Source: Lama guanicoe
Lineage: Eukaryota
Direction of reading: 5' to 3'
DNA: 64,000 nucleotides
NCBI GenBank assembly: GCA_013239625.1
Contig: PNXV01000239.1
Coordinates: 186,001 to 250,000 of the forward strand
Of this stretch, positions 1 through 13,220 are shown in pieces. Under the pieces are notes generated by a model. That model searched no databases. It had not been told where the DNA came from and saw nothing but the letters and a program-made list of their open reading frames with translations. The translations under genes were made by a program, and so were the position numbers. Each line of letters starts with the position of its first letter. The stretch's first letter is position 1.

Positions 1-400
1 GCTGTGTCCCCCGGCTGCAGCGCCCGGGGAGGAATGCTGGGGCTCGGTGCACCGCAAGGGACCCGGCGGGGCTGGGGGGGACCTGGCTTCCAGCCCCCCG
101 CGTGACCTTGCACAAAGCACTGCTCCTCCGCAGGCCTCAGTTCCTCATCGGGATAGCAGCCGTAAAGGTGGCCCCTTCCTAGCCGGGCTGCTCGGTAGGG
201 CAGCCTCAAGCTCCCGGCTCCCGACGGCGGCGGGGCCTGGATGGGCACTGTCTGCACAGCCCACCCGCAGTGAGGGCTGCTCATGCTGGGTGTGGCGAGC
301 CGGTCCCGACAGTCCCCTCTAGTGGCCTGAGTGCCCCGTGGGACCTGTGCCGGGGCTCTTCCCTCTCCTGGCTGAGTAACATGCTGGGCCTTACCTTCCC
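1..400. promoter_or_regulatory. 3' tail of a CpG island, probably just downstream of the non-coding first exon/promoter of CORO2A (outside the window)
   Basis: Very GC-rich with many CpGs (e.g. ccccggctgcagcgcccgggg, cccgacggcggcgggg) that fall off after about 400; lies 5' of the CORO2A coding exons on the same strand. Confidence 0.6.
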
Positions 401-1927
401 AGTATGAGAAACAAGGAGGGGAGACACCCCCGGGTCCCTTTGGAGCCCGCCTGGGCATGCAGGGTGGGGCAGTCAGTCTGCCCGCCAAGTCTCTCTCGCG
501 GTCTGGGGCTGGAGGAGCCCTGGTTTGGAGGTGGATGGGCCCTTGGCCACAGACTTGCCTGGACCAGACCCAGCAGACACCTTGATTTAGGGAATGGTGT
601 GGAACATGCGCTTCCTCTTCCCTTCCCCCCCAGGTTCTGGTGCCCAGCTCTGTGCTCCCACCTGGTGTGATAGGAATGACTTCTCCATGCAGGCACCCCA
701 GAAGGGCCACAGTGCCAAGAGAGCTGTGTCTGGGTAGGGTTGGGTCTGGGACAGAGCAGGTGTCTGAGAGACTGTGAGTCCAAGCTCTCTGAGTAAAAAA
801 AGACCTCTGGCATCTGGCCCAGCCCCTTGGTAAGATCCCCTTTGGAAGATCTTGCTGCCCTATTGCATACCGCTTATGATGGGAATCTCACTAGCTGTAA
901 GCAGAACTAGAATCTGCTAGTCCTGCTCCATCCCCCACCCCAGGGCAATCATCTGGTGCCTTAAATCAGCTCATCTCAGGGCTAAACAGCCCCAGATCCG
1001 GCACTGTTTCTCCTGTCAGAGCCAAAGGGAGAAAAAGCAAGACAAGGAAGCTGAGGTGTCTGCCCCAGAGCAGGCAGCAGTTAGCCTGGGGCTTTCTCAG
1101 AACCCACCTTCATCAGGACTGGAATGTGTCCCCTGTATGGGTTAGCAGCCGTCTTAGAGGTCTGGAGTGAGAGAAGAGCCAGGGGACCCCTCTCCAGGCC
1201 TTCCAGCCTCTGGGTCCTCTTCCCTGTCTTCTCCTGTCGCCTGCCCTAACTGGGAGTAGTTTCTGAGAATCAAGTCTGGGCCTTCTGGTCTCTCTTTTCC
1301 CCCTTCATGACCTGCCCCTCACCCGGGAGCTTCCTCAAAGCCAAAGGAAAGGAGCGGATGCCTGGGCAGATGGTGAGCTCTGTGTCATTAGAGGTGTGTG
1401 TACAGAGGCTTGGATGAGCACTTGCTGGGGGTGAGCTCCCTTTGACTGCAAGTCTGGTACACTAGGGCCGAAGTAGAGTAGCCATGACCTTGCATTCTGG
1501 CCATGATGGAGTTGCACAGAACTTGAAGCTAGACCACAGATATCCCCTTGTAAAAGCAGACTAAGTATATGTGCTTTCACTCGAGTGTAGCTCCATCACA
1601 CAGGCTTAAGTGCTACCTGTGCCTCCCATCATCTCTACCTGCATATAATCTGGGCTCCATTTTCCTGCTCTGCTAGTCCAAGCCAATTGGGCCTTGATTT
1701 AGGGGTAGGGCAGATTCCAGTTATTAAAAAGTCATCCTATGCCAATAATTTTAAAATGTACCATGGAATTATGGAACATCCAAGCTGAAAGGGATCTTAA
1801 GAAATCATCTCATCCAACTCCCTCATTTTACAGATAGGTATCCCCTATCCCTGGAGGGGATATGACTTGTCAAAGGTCACACAGCAAACAAAAAACCAAG
1901 TCCAGGGATCCTGACTCCAGGACCAAT

Positions 1928-1935
1928 GTGTATGC

Positions 1936-1972
<37 letters not shown>
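1928..1972. repeat. (TG)n microsatellite
   Basis: tgtgtatgcgtgcg followed by a pure (tg) run. Confidence 0.95.
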
Positions 1973-1976
<4 letters not shown>

Positions 1977-3032
1977 AAAAGCCATACCATACAGTAAATG
2001 AAAGCAACCTGTGTTTATTCCTATAAAATTAACAAAAATAAATATAAGAGGATAAACCTCTATACTGGCAAAACAGTAGGGATTCTGCAGTAGCATTTAA
2101 CTTTACAGGGCAATCTGGCAGCTGGTTACAAAAGTCCATGAAAATGATCCTAACTTCCCTTTGCCCCTAGCCTTCTACTTTGAGGACTTTACCCCAAGGA
2201 AGTAATTACAGAGAGAAATGAGTGTAGTGCTATTATTTACAAGATGTTATCTTATAGAGACGAAGCTTTTGGTGTTTTACCTGAGGCTTAATCAACATTT
2301 CATTTGAAAAGTACAGCTTTAAAAATAGTGACACTAAAGCTTCCATTGCCAGAGACTGGCCAGCACAGGAGCAGTGTGGTCCGGAGGAAAAGCCACAAGG
2401 CTCAGGTCAGCAGCTGTAGATTCCCGGATTGGCTCTTCCTCTACCCCACCGTGTGACCTTAGGTCCATCCCTGCCCCTTTCTGGACCTCATTTCCCTGTC
2501 TGTGAAATGGGGTATATTCAGTGATTGCTAAATTTCTTTGAGCTCTGACAACCCACCTTCTAGACTTAAATCCCTGTAACTGAAGCCTTTATTAGGAGCC
2601 ATGAACACAGGGTAACCAAAGAACCTTCCAGCCTCCCTCCCTCCCCTATCATTAAATGAATCCCCTTAGAGTCAAGCAGCTAGCTAGCTACTCTTCTGGG
2701 AAAGGGACTTCCCTCAGCCTTGGACTTTTGTTATCTTCAAATGGCCAGAACGTGGATTATTTTAGGAGCTAGTGTGTTTTTGTTTTTATCTTTACCAAAT
2801 ATAAGGGGACCGAGATTTTTTAGGAGGATCAGAAAATAATGCAGCAAGATCCTCCATTTCTTATTTTAAGTCTGTAGGCTGTGCCTTGCCTCTTTCAGAA
2901 CAGACTGGAGGTGTTTAGCAATCACAGCTATTATGAAGGGCCAGGAGGAGGTGAACAAACATTTACTGGGCACCTACTGTGTTCTAGGCCTTGAGGTGCC
3001 TCCCGAGGGCCTATAGGTGCCATGGGAAACAC

Positions 3033-3114
3033 ATTAGATTAAACTATGTGAAATGGTCAGTATCTGGCTGTTTTTGACTTATAAGAAATGGCAATTTTAT
3101 TTTGCTCAGCCTAA
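3033..3114. mobile_element. MADE2-like Tc1/mariner MITE relic
   Basis: About 80 bp with degenerate terminal inverted repeats (ttagattaaac...tgaaat / aatttt...ctcagcctaa). Confidence 0.55.
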
Positions 3115-3339
3115 ATGAAAGAAGATATAATTAAAATGCAGTGTGCTCCTTACCATAATTGAGAGATTGGCAGGGTGCGGTGGGGACTGGGAAAAGTGAT
3201 TACAAGCTTGGAGAAGTCAAGGTGGAAGGACTTGGGAGTCTCACCGTGAAGAACCCATAACAACAACAATAATAAGCTAACAAGTGTCGAGTACTTACTA
3301 CCTGCCTGATTCTGTCCTGTGCTTTGTGTCTTTCGTGTA

Positions 3340-3830
3340 GTCATCCAGCCTTCCATTTATTAAGCACCTACTTTGTGCCACATTTTTCTAGATAGGGGTG
3401 GGAGGGCTTGACAGTAAACAAAATAGACCAAAAAAAATCTGTCTTAAAGGAGCTTCCACTCTTAATAGGAGAAAAGACAGAGTTAACAGTAAGTAAAATA
3501 GGTGGTGATAAGTGAGATAGAGCAAATAAAACATAGGATGTTTCAGGCATGTGAGGAGAATGGAAAGAGGTGGTTGTGGTTTTAAATAGGATGGTTGGGA
3601 GGATCATTGAGAAGGTGATTTTTGGGCAAGGGCTTGAAGGAGGTAAGGGAATGAACTGGGCTGATTTCTGGAGGAAGAGCCATCTAGGTAGAGAGAAGAG
3701 CTGGTGCAAAAGCCCTGAGGTAGGCCATGTCTGGCACGTTCAAGGAAGAGCACACTGGGACAGAGTGATGGAGAGGGAAGAGGAGACAGGTGAGAGAGGC
3801 CATGGGTCAGGCTGTGCACCCCGTCTCATA
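3340..3830 (-). mobile_element. L2 LINE fragment
   Basis: catttattaagcacctactttgtgcc...aaggagcttccactcta...gaaggtgatttttgggcaagggcttgaagga...gcaaaagccctgagg, typical L2 3' region. Confidence 0.65.
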
Positions 3831-4200
3831 CAACATGAAATGAGTCCTATAAGTTTGTGAGGGAGGTAATATTTGTATGTCTGTTTTTCAGTTAAAGGAA
3901 CAGAAATACAGAGAGTTTAAGTACTTGCCGAAACAGTGTCTCACAGAGGATCTAGGGCTTTTGGTCAAGTGCAGAGGGAGCCATGGAAGGCTTTTGAACA
4001 AAGCCAGGGCACGGCCACATTTGCGTTAGTGTGATTCCTCTGGGTGCAGAGAGAAGCTGTGAAAGTGATGAGGTTGGACCCGTGTGTGAACCATTGAACG
4101 TGGGGGCAGAGGATCTGCTGAGCTTGGTACTAGGGGTGAGGTAGTGGTCCAGGCCAGGTGAGCAGGAAGAGGAGGAGGAAGCCAGGCTGGTCTTGGGGTT

Positions 4201-4794
4201 TTTTTTTTAATTGAAGTATAGTTGATTTACAATGTTATGTTAGCTTCTGGTGTACAGCATAGTGATTCAGTTCTATGTATATATATTCTTTTCCATTATT
4301 GATCATTATAAGTTATTGAATGTGGTTCCTTGTGCTATACAGTAGGACCTTGTTGTTTTTCTACTTTATATATAGTAGTTTATGTCTGCTAATCCCAGAT
4401 TCCTAATTTATCTCTCCCCCTCTTTCCCCTTTGGTAACCATAAGTTTGTTTTCTAGGTCTGAGTCTCTTTCTGTTTTGTAAATAAGTTCATTTGTATCAT
4501 TTTTTTAGATTCCACATATAAATGATATCATATGATATTTGTCTGTCTCTGTCTGACTTCACTTAGTATGACAATCTCTAGGTCCATCCATGTTGCTACA
4601 GACGGCATTATTTCATTTTTTTGTGGCCAAGTAGAATTCCATTGTATGTATATATATATATATATATATATACCGCATCTTCCTTATTCAGTCATCTGCC
4701 GATGGACATTTAGCTTGATTAGATGTCTAGGCTATTGTAAACAGTGCTGCTGTGAACATTAGGGTGCATGCATCTTTTCAAATTAAGAGTTTTC
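4201..4794 (-). mobile_element. L1 3' end fragment with target-site duplication
   Basis: poly-T then aattgaagtatagttgatttacaat...gattccacatata...; flanked by tcttggggtt (4191-4200) and tcttgggctt (4795-4804); internal (TA)n. Confidence 0.85.
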
Positions 4795-7700
4795 TCTTGG
4801 GCTTATTTATTTAACAAATAATAGCACTTCTTATGCTCCAGGTACCATCTAAGATTTTACACCCGTTGACCCATTCAATCCTCAAAGCAATCTATAGAAT
4901 AGATACTACTACTTATTATTATTCCCAATTTTAATAGGTGTATTATATGTAAATTATATCTCAATAAAGTTAATTTACAGAGAAAGTATATTTTTTTCTA
5001 TTATAAATACTTGATGATAATGGAGAATTTAGAAGAAAGACAGGAAAACAGACAAAATAAATCACTCACATCTTCTCTTTTAATACCAGATAATCTATAT
5101 AAATACTGTGGTATATTTACCTTGTCTTTTTCTTTTTTTACTATTATTCCCATTTTACAGATGAGGACACTGAGGTCCAAAGCAGTTGAGCAGCTTGCCC
5201 AGGGTAATACATTTGGACCCATGTCCTCTGGCTGCATTGTCCAGGGTCTTAATCACTTGGCTATGTTGCCCATAGGCAAACTCTGGAATGTCAGTTGGTG
5301 GGTTCCATTGAGACACCACCCACCCATCTCCCCCCACCCCAGCATGATTTCATTGATAGGGAAAGTGAGGCCCAGTGAAAGGAAGGCCTTGCTCAGCATT
5401 TCTCAGCCATTTGGGAGCAGAGTGTGATGTCTCATTCTAAGAAGAAATAGGGATCTAAGCACTTATGCTGGCTGATGAGACAGCTGCTTCCAGCCTGATC
5501 TTGAGACCAGACCTTGCAGGGGGCTGGCAAGTGCCATGACCCTGCCCACAAGAAGTGCTGGGCACTGCGAGGGCAGGCCTATGTTTCCAGAGCCTAAGAG
5601 TCTCAGCCCTCCAGCAGACCCTGGTGGGAAGCAGCCAGGGAATGGGGAGGGAGAGTTTGAGACCTTGCCAAGCCTGCAGGCCCCCTGGGAGTTGTCTCCT
5701 GTACTCTGACTGTGCGTTTATTTCTGACTGATGCCAGCAAACTCCTGGGACTGCCTGCTGCCAGGGTTGCAGCCCTGGCTTCCAATCCTAGCCCGGCCAC
5801 TGTGTGAGCCTTGGGCCAGGGTATTGCAAAGTGGCATCATAATGGTGACAGCTGCAAGATAAAGGGAGATGGGGATGGAAAGTGCTGGCACAGGGCGTGG
5901 CACACAGAAGAGCTCAATAGAGAGCTGGCTACTGCTGCTGCTCCTAGAACCACCCCAGGGTGCTGGCCCAGGGATTGAGCCTACCCAGCCAGAGCCCTGT
6001 CCACAGTGCTCCCCTTCACACCCGGCTTGATCAGTAGGGCCCTGCCAGTGCAAGAGGAGATGGAAATGAACCTCGGGCAGTGGCTTGGAGTCCAAGATTG
6101 CAGACAACAGGAGAGACAGTGGAACAGAAGAGCCTCTGAGGAGGAAGACTTGACCTGGCCACTGACAGACTCTGTAGGCAAGTCCTGTGCCTTCTTTATG
6201 CCCCCTTTTCTCTCCTGGAAAGTGAGTAGAGTGTTTCCTGCCTTAATAATCATAATGGTCTTCATACCAGCAGCCATCTATTAAGGTTTTACTATACCCT
6301 GGGGAGTATAGATGGAGATAAGCCAGACCCACCACTGCCTTCAAAGGCACACAGCCTGGTGGGGCTCCAGTTCTAATAGGGACACCCCAGAGCCGTGGGC
6401 CCTCAAAGAGGGGCATCTGTTGCAGCCAGGGGTGGGGATGGGAGTTGGGGAGGCTCCCAGGAGGAGGTGATACCTGGGCCAGGTTGTTAGTGGGATTTGA
6501 AGTTAGCCAGACTCTGAAGGAGAGAAAAGCGAGGAAGGTCATTGGGTAAATTGCCCCATTTCTGTGAGCCTCAGTCTCTTCATCTGTAAAATGGAGATCA
6601 TAAATACCTGGTTTGCCTAATATATAGGGTGGTTGTGAGTCTCAAAACTGGATAAAGAGCATGGAAGCGCTTGTGAACTGCAGAATGCCAGGCCCCTGTT
6701 CATTGTTGTTTATTGTGCTATCTAGAGTTCCCGGGGGCAGCATCTGAGTCTGGAGAAACATCTAGCCTGTTTAGAAAGACCTGCAGTCAAATCCGGCAGG
6801 GGCAGACAGCCGCTGTTCACCTCACAGCCCTTGATTTAAGAGTTCAAGAATATTTCGGCGCTGGGTTGCAACTGGGGTTAGAGGAGGCTCCGAGGGCAGC
6901 TATGACCCGATCACAGCCCTGTCCAAGGAAGGAGTGAGTGTCCATAGAAACCCACCAGGCCAAAAGCCCTGCATTCTGGTACAGGCTGGGCACCCTAGTC
7001 AGGCCTCAGGGACCTGACCTGGGGAGGGGGGTGGCGGCTGGAGGGACCTGCCAGGGGAAGGGATGGAGGATACAGGAGCACCGAGAAGTCACTGGAAAGA
7101 AACCAGTCTGTGTAGAGAGAGGTCTGCAAATTTGCATTACCTGGAAAAGCAAGGAAAAGAGCAAGGTGGGGAATGAGCCTGTTTTGGTTTGAATATGAGG
7201 AAAGAATAGATCTACACACATGTAAATACAGAAAGATACTCAGACAGACACACATCCAGCAGGTTGATTATCACTAGATGGCAGAATTTTGTTTTCTTTT
7301 GTCTTTTCTATATTTTGAAATTTTATATGTGATAGACATTTTATTGTTATAAAAATGTGGCTGTGTGTAATATACATGATACAATAGAATATAGCTAATA
7401 TAATAATCTGGCCAGTCTGCTGTTACCAGGCTGGAGGGTTAAGGAGGTACCCACAGCACGAGGACTTGGGTAAGGCCTGGAGGACATCCTGGATGCTGGC
7501 CTTCCAGAACAGTTGAGAGCAGAGTCCAGGGACGGCTTGATGTGGGAGTAACACAAGAGGAGAGGTCTCTGGGGGTCTCTGGAATGAGTCCCAGGACTCT
7601 CTTCTTGGGACAAAGACTAGGGGTTTTAGGTGGCTGCAGACACAGTCAGCATTATGACCTGACTGTCCAAAGCTAGGAACCTCAGACCACATCAGCAGAA

Positions 7701-7969
7701 GCATAGAGTCAGATCCAGGAAAGTGAGGGTCCTGCTGGAGCTCAGGCAGCCCCCTGGGTGGGACTGGGACATCTGGGACAGATCGAGAGGCCACCAGGCT
7801 GGGGAGGAGCCTGTGCCTTCAGATACCCGGATGCTTCAGGTTTCCACCTCAGTGTGCCAGGCCCCGGAAGGCCCTTTGCGCTCAATCATGTGCCTTTTCA
7901 GTCTTTGGTCCCTGGGACTCTCATAGACCCTCCTGCCTCTTTGCAAAGAAAGCAAAGAAACTAAGCTGC

Positions 7970-8230
7970 TGTCCTATTTCATTGAATGCAGGGCACCGCC
8001 TGTTGTGAGATACACTGTTACTTTATAATCCACTAAGAAAGAAAAAAGGACTTTTCTATAAAATATAAAATTATAAAATATATTTTATGTATTTTATATA
8101 TTTAATTATAAAATATATAGTTCTATTTTAAAAGGCAATTAAAATATAATTATAAATTGCATCATAGTTTCAGAGATGTTAAAATGCTAAATAAAAAAAC
8201 AAAAACTGTGTCTTGGAATCAGACATGTGG
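7970..8230. mobile_element. MER104/Kanga-like Tc2 DNA transposon relic with AT-rich centre
   Basis: tatttcattgaatgc... and ...tttcagagatgttaaaatg...gtgtcttggaatc ends. Confidence 0.45.
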
Positions 8231-8739
8231 CAGGCCCCACCCTAGATTCTTCGTTTATTCACTCATTTAATCCTTACAGTACCTCATGGCTAGATATTCT
8301 TCTCTTTTTGCAGATGAGGAAACAGGAACCCAGAGAAGTTAAGTGACTTGCAAGGTCACACAGCCAGCAAGAGGTAAAGCTAGGATTTGAACCCTATTCT
8401 AACTAGATTCTACTACTTTTTCCTCATCCGACCCCACAAAGACAAGGCCCTTGAGCTCTGGTCCTTGGGAAAAAGAGAACGTTCATCAGAGTGAACGTAC
8501 CTCAGCGCAGAAATGCCCCGGTGCACTGGCTGTTAAACGCTGGGTGCTCTGAGTAACAGGGGGCCTGGAGGAGGGCTGGGGAACTAATGGACAGGATGGG
8601 GCTTTGAGAGCTTACTGACTGCATCATTAGTCTTATCCTCGTTATGGCCATTACTGGGAGTCAGTTGGCCTGTGGCCCACCCTGGAGAGAAACTGCAGAG
8701 GCCTGTCCCACATATACAATCCTAGAGCCTCACCCAGAT

Positions 8740-9480
8740 TGGCCCACTCATTCATTCCTAAAAAGTTATTTCTCAATTTGATTTTTTGAACGGGATCTTT
8801 GTTCATGTGTTGAGCACTTTCTGCATGTGAAACACAGCTCAGTGTTCGGGATACAGAGCAGAGCAAAACCAATAAAGGAGCGGCCCTGCTGAGCTCACAG
8901 ACAGGAGGAGAGACGGGCAGTAACCGGGGAGTCCTACAAAACCTGGAGGAGAGGGGACATAAGGAGCATGCAGAGCAGAGAAATGTGCCTAGTCTAGGAT
9001 CACTGCAGAAGGCTGTTCGAAGGTGGGGGGGGCTTCTGAGCTGAGATCTGGAAGATGAGTAGGGAGTAGGTGAGGGTGGAGAGCAGAGCACACTAGACCA
9101 GAGGAACAGCCTGTGCAAAGGCCCTGAGGCTGGAGGAAATGGGCTTTTGAGGAATTAAAAGCACTGAATATCCGCAGCTTTGATCCCTGGGCAAGGTAAG
9201 GCTGGATAGGTTGAGTGGGCCAGACCCTTCCGGCCCTGGAGCAACGACCATGGAGTGACATACTCAAATTTCCATCATTTGAAAAGATCAGGGACAAGAT
9301 GGTTGGTGGTTTAGACTAAGTGACCAGATGAGAACAGGTGGTAGCCATGGGAATGGACCTATGTGGATGGTTTAAGAGATGTTTGGAGGTGGGGGAAGGT
9401 GGGATGAGTGATGGATTGGCAGTGGGTACCAGGAGAAGGAGGCCAGGGTGACAGGAAGCTGGAGGCATTGAGGGTGTGGT
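8740..9480 (-). mobile_element. L2 LINE fragment
   Basis: cattcattc...ttgagcactttct...gagctgagatctggaagatgagtagg...gtgcaaaggccctgagg. Confidence 0.55.
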
Positions 9481-12400
9481 CGGCAAGGAGGGGGTCACAC
9501 TAATGTGACTTTGGAATTAGGCGGAACAGTTTCATATGATGACAAAGTGCAGGGTGTGGCTAAGAGAAGGGATGGCTGAAGTGAAGGAAAGGAGGCCATT
9601 TGGAGATGAGATAGTCCTTGTACAGAGGGGAAACGGAGGCCAGAGAGGCCATGGGACTTGTCTGAGGTCACACAGCTAGGAATTAGCGCTCTGGCGTGGT
9701 TGTCTGTCCCGTGGGTCCCAGATTTCAGAGGGTAGTTCCTTTCCTGACTCTTGCTCTGGAGCTGAGAACATGACACTGCTGAGTTTGCAGCCTGGAAGGG
9801 GAGCTGCAGCCAGCTAGGGGATGGACAGGACTGCATGCCGGAAGACTTCCTGGAAGAGGGAGCATCTAGTCTGAGCCAGGCAGCTGAACATACAGAGTGA
9901 TGGGGAGGGAGATATTGGCAAAGGAACAAAGAAGCCAAGGGCTGGTGATGGGAAGCACGTGGAGCCTGTTTGGGATGCGGTGCACACATCGTCTGGTTTG
10001 GCTCAATTTAAAGAGAGAAGAATCAGATACTGGCCCGATACCAAGGGCAGGGAGGGAGCAGTCTGCCCTGGCAGGGAGGAGAGTTTTATCACTGACATTG
10101 TTTGGAATTGCAGGAACATCATGGTAATAAAAAGTCAGACTTTTAGTCGATTTTACTATTGTTTTGAAATGCTCTATAGAAAATGCGCCCCCTTATTGTC
10201 TGCACCCAGACTGACTGCTTACCTCCCTACTGCCTTTGTCCCCCCACTTCCCCTTCCCAGCAGAGGGAAGAGAGCCACAGAGACAGGAGCAGGATTTCAG
10301 CCTGTGCTGCACAAGGCCCAAGATCCATGTCCACAGCTACCCACCACCTCACCAGGCCAGAGCTGGCACACCCTGCAGACCGCTGGGCTGTGGGGTTCCA
10401 AGTCCTGCAGTGTCCAGGGCTCCAGCTGGCTGTCAGAGCAGAATCCTCAGGCTCTAGGGGCATCCCAGATCTCACCCTCCCAAACAGAACCTTCCAAAGT
10501 TATGAGGACAGCAGTAATGCCCTTCAGGGGGTACTTCCCAGCCCACAGATGTCTCTGAGACCTCATGGGCACTCAGACAACAGCTGGGTCGATTTAGTCC
10601 CACTTCACAGATGAGGAAACTGAGGCTTCAGAGCAACTCTCAGAACCAGGGCCTGCTGATGATCCCTCATCCCCTGTCCTGATAGCACCTGTAACCTTTG
10701 CTGAGATGCACGTTTCCCTGCTGCCCACAGCTACCCTCAGAGCCAGCGGGTGATCTCACATCCCAGGGGAGGCAGCCCAGAGGGTGAGACATCAGGGACC
10801 TGCCTGTAGCCCAGTGAGAGGGCTAGGAAGGGGCTGACTGTGGCCAGGACACGGAGGTGTTAACATCAGGACCAGCTACATCCCTTCCCAGGTCCTTGTT
10901 TCCTCTCCTGCAAAGTGAGGGTTTAGATTAGATGATCCCTGCCATCCCTTGCAGCCTGAAAATCCTCTCTGAGGGTCTCCCTGGCCTCCAAGGTGAGGGT
11001 TGCAAGACACTGTTGGGGTATAGGAAAAAATATTATCCAAACAAGGGAATAACTCAGGTTTGCTCACATTTGCCACGTGTAGGCACACTGATACCGTCTG
11101 CAGTCAGTCAGGGGGTCAAGCAGCCTCATGTCTTGTGTCTCTAGAAGTCTCTGGGAAAGAGGTGGCAAGGACACTCTACTCTTTGCTTCATTTTAGGCAG
11201 GTTATCCCTATTAATTAACCTGGTCGTTAATCTAGGTTAATCCAGGGTAATTAAACCAGATTGAATTTATGGATTATATTAACTGGTTTTAACAAAACTA
11301 ACTCTCACAAAACGGACAAGTGGTTTCAAAAGATTCCTACCAGAATGCTGGGTAGTTAGTAATTCTAATAATGCTAGCACATGCGGACGAGACAATGGAA
11401 GGATTAACACGGCTTTCTAGCACGATCACTTCATCAGCCACAAGGGAAAAAACCACGAGTCAAGAGGTCAACCCAAAATTTTTGGGGTGGGGAGGACACT
11501 ATTTGAAATACAGATTTACAGTCACTCCAGTTAATGGTGAGCCTCACCTCTTGTATGTATTGTGCCTTGTGGCTACTGGTGATGGGCACTTGTATGTAAT
11601 ATAATATATTGGAGTGGGTGAGCTCAATTCTTTTCCCTTTGGAAGGAGTAAATAATCAAAAAAGGTTGGGTCCCCCTGCTCTAACTTCCTGGTCTTGTCT
11701 ATGCTGCTGCCACTTCTGACACACCACCATGTTTATGATCAGACTTTGTTTGAGTGGGGTGCGATTTCTCCATTTCTCTACCTGCTCCCAGGGCAGAGAC
11801 TCCATGGCTACCTCTGGGCCCAAAGAGCCCAGAATGGTGTTCTGTTTCCAACTGGGAACTTGGAAAATATGGATTGAGTGGATGTGCTTCAATTATGCTC
11901 TGCTGGCCTTTCTAGCAGCAAAGACCTGGGGTCTGTCTTCTGTCTTGGCCCCATCTTTCCCAGCCTAAACCACATTCTAGAGAAATGCAGTATCTTTCAA
12001 AGGTCTGAGCCTCAGGAGAGCCCAGCTAGGGTGAATGACCCTCGGCCTCACAATCAGAAGGCCTTCTTCCCCAGCCATCCTTGGAATTTGTCCCTCCGAG
12101 AATAGCAGCACAGATAAGGAACAAAATATGTGACACCGTATCCAGGCACAGGATCAAAGGAAACTTTGTTCCGTGTCTTAGTGGACTTTCCTGGGCTGGG
12201 GGCTGGAGACCTGGCTCTCACTCCTGGTTCTGCCCTGTATGGGTGGCCCTGGGCATGCTGATTCTCCTTTTGTACCTCTTGATCTCTAGGGGCTTGGCCA
12301 TTGCTGCTTTTCTGAGATGCGAAGTCTGGGATCTTTTTGGAGACCTCTCTACTGAGTGGTTCGCAGCCCCCATCTAGGAGGTTTGGGTATGAGCTGGGCT

Positions 12401-13220
12401 CCAAACTGAGTGAGCAATGGGAACAACTTGGAGCATGACTGTGCCACAACCAAAATAGGGAGAAGATGGGAAACTGAGTCACACAAGAAGCCCCCCAACC
12501 TGGAGCGGAGCCATCCCAGTGGCAGGCGGTCAGGGGCCTCAGATCTCTGAAGGGCTGTCATGGGGCAGAGAACCGGATGTGGTTGGTGGGGCTCCAGAGG
12601 TGGAGACAGGGCTGTGGGGAAGTTGTAGATTTCCACTCAGTGGAAGGAGGAAGTCTAACGATTGCGCTCTTCTGCCCGCGGAGGAGTGAGCTTCCCTTTA
12701 GTAGAATGGTGCAAGCCGGGACCTGCAGGCTTTGCAGATGGAAGGGTGTGGACAGGAAAGCAGAGAGCTGGGCTGGATGCCCATGAGGGCCCTTGACCCC
12801 AGGCAGTCCTGGGATATCGTGTCTGTTTCTTGCCCCCAGATTTAATAAGATCATTTGAGAGAGGGAGTTAGTGGGTCTGGCTGAGAATTAGATTAGACAA
12901 GAATTAGAGCTTCAGATTCTAAATCGGCACTGAGGGGTGGGGGAGGGGCACAAGGCTTCCTCTGTTTTCATCTAGTGAAGGGGATTTTGGTGCCTCCCAA
13001 TGCAGATGATCTCTCCCACCCTCAAAACTGTAGATCTTTAGGTGTCGCTGGTTGAAGAGAAAAGGAACATGGGCACTTTGTGCTTCTGGTTTAATCTGTA
13101 AACCCTGTTCAAAGTCCGTATTCATTTCTGCTAAATGTTCATTTCAATCCATTAATACAGGTAAGTAGTTTAAAACTGTGCCCCCTCATAGTGAATAGTC
13201 GATAGAAATTACCATTATTA

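Noticed and set aside
9847..9855. Perfect GAS TTCCTGGAA
   Set aside because: Lies in a common L2-derived motif (gacttcctggaagagg); isolated TTCN3GAA occurs about once per 4 kb by chance.
11201..11251. Two halves resembling an I-SceI site (GTTATCCCTA = TAGGGATAAC on the minus strand; CAGGGTAAT on the plus strand) and a PacI site, suggesting synthetic DNA
   Set aside because: The halves are on opposite strands and not contiguous, and there is no vector or marker sequence nearby; most likely coincidence within an AT-rich palindrome.
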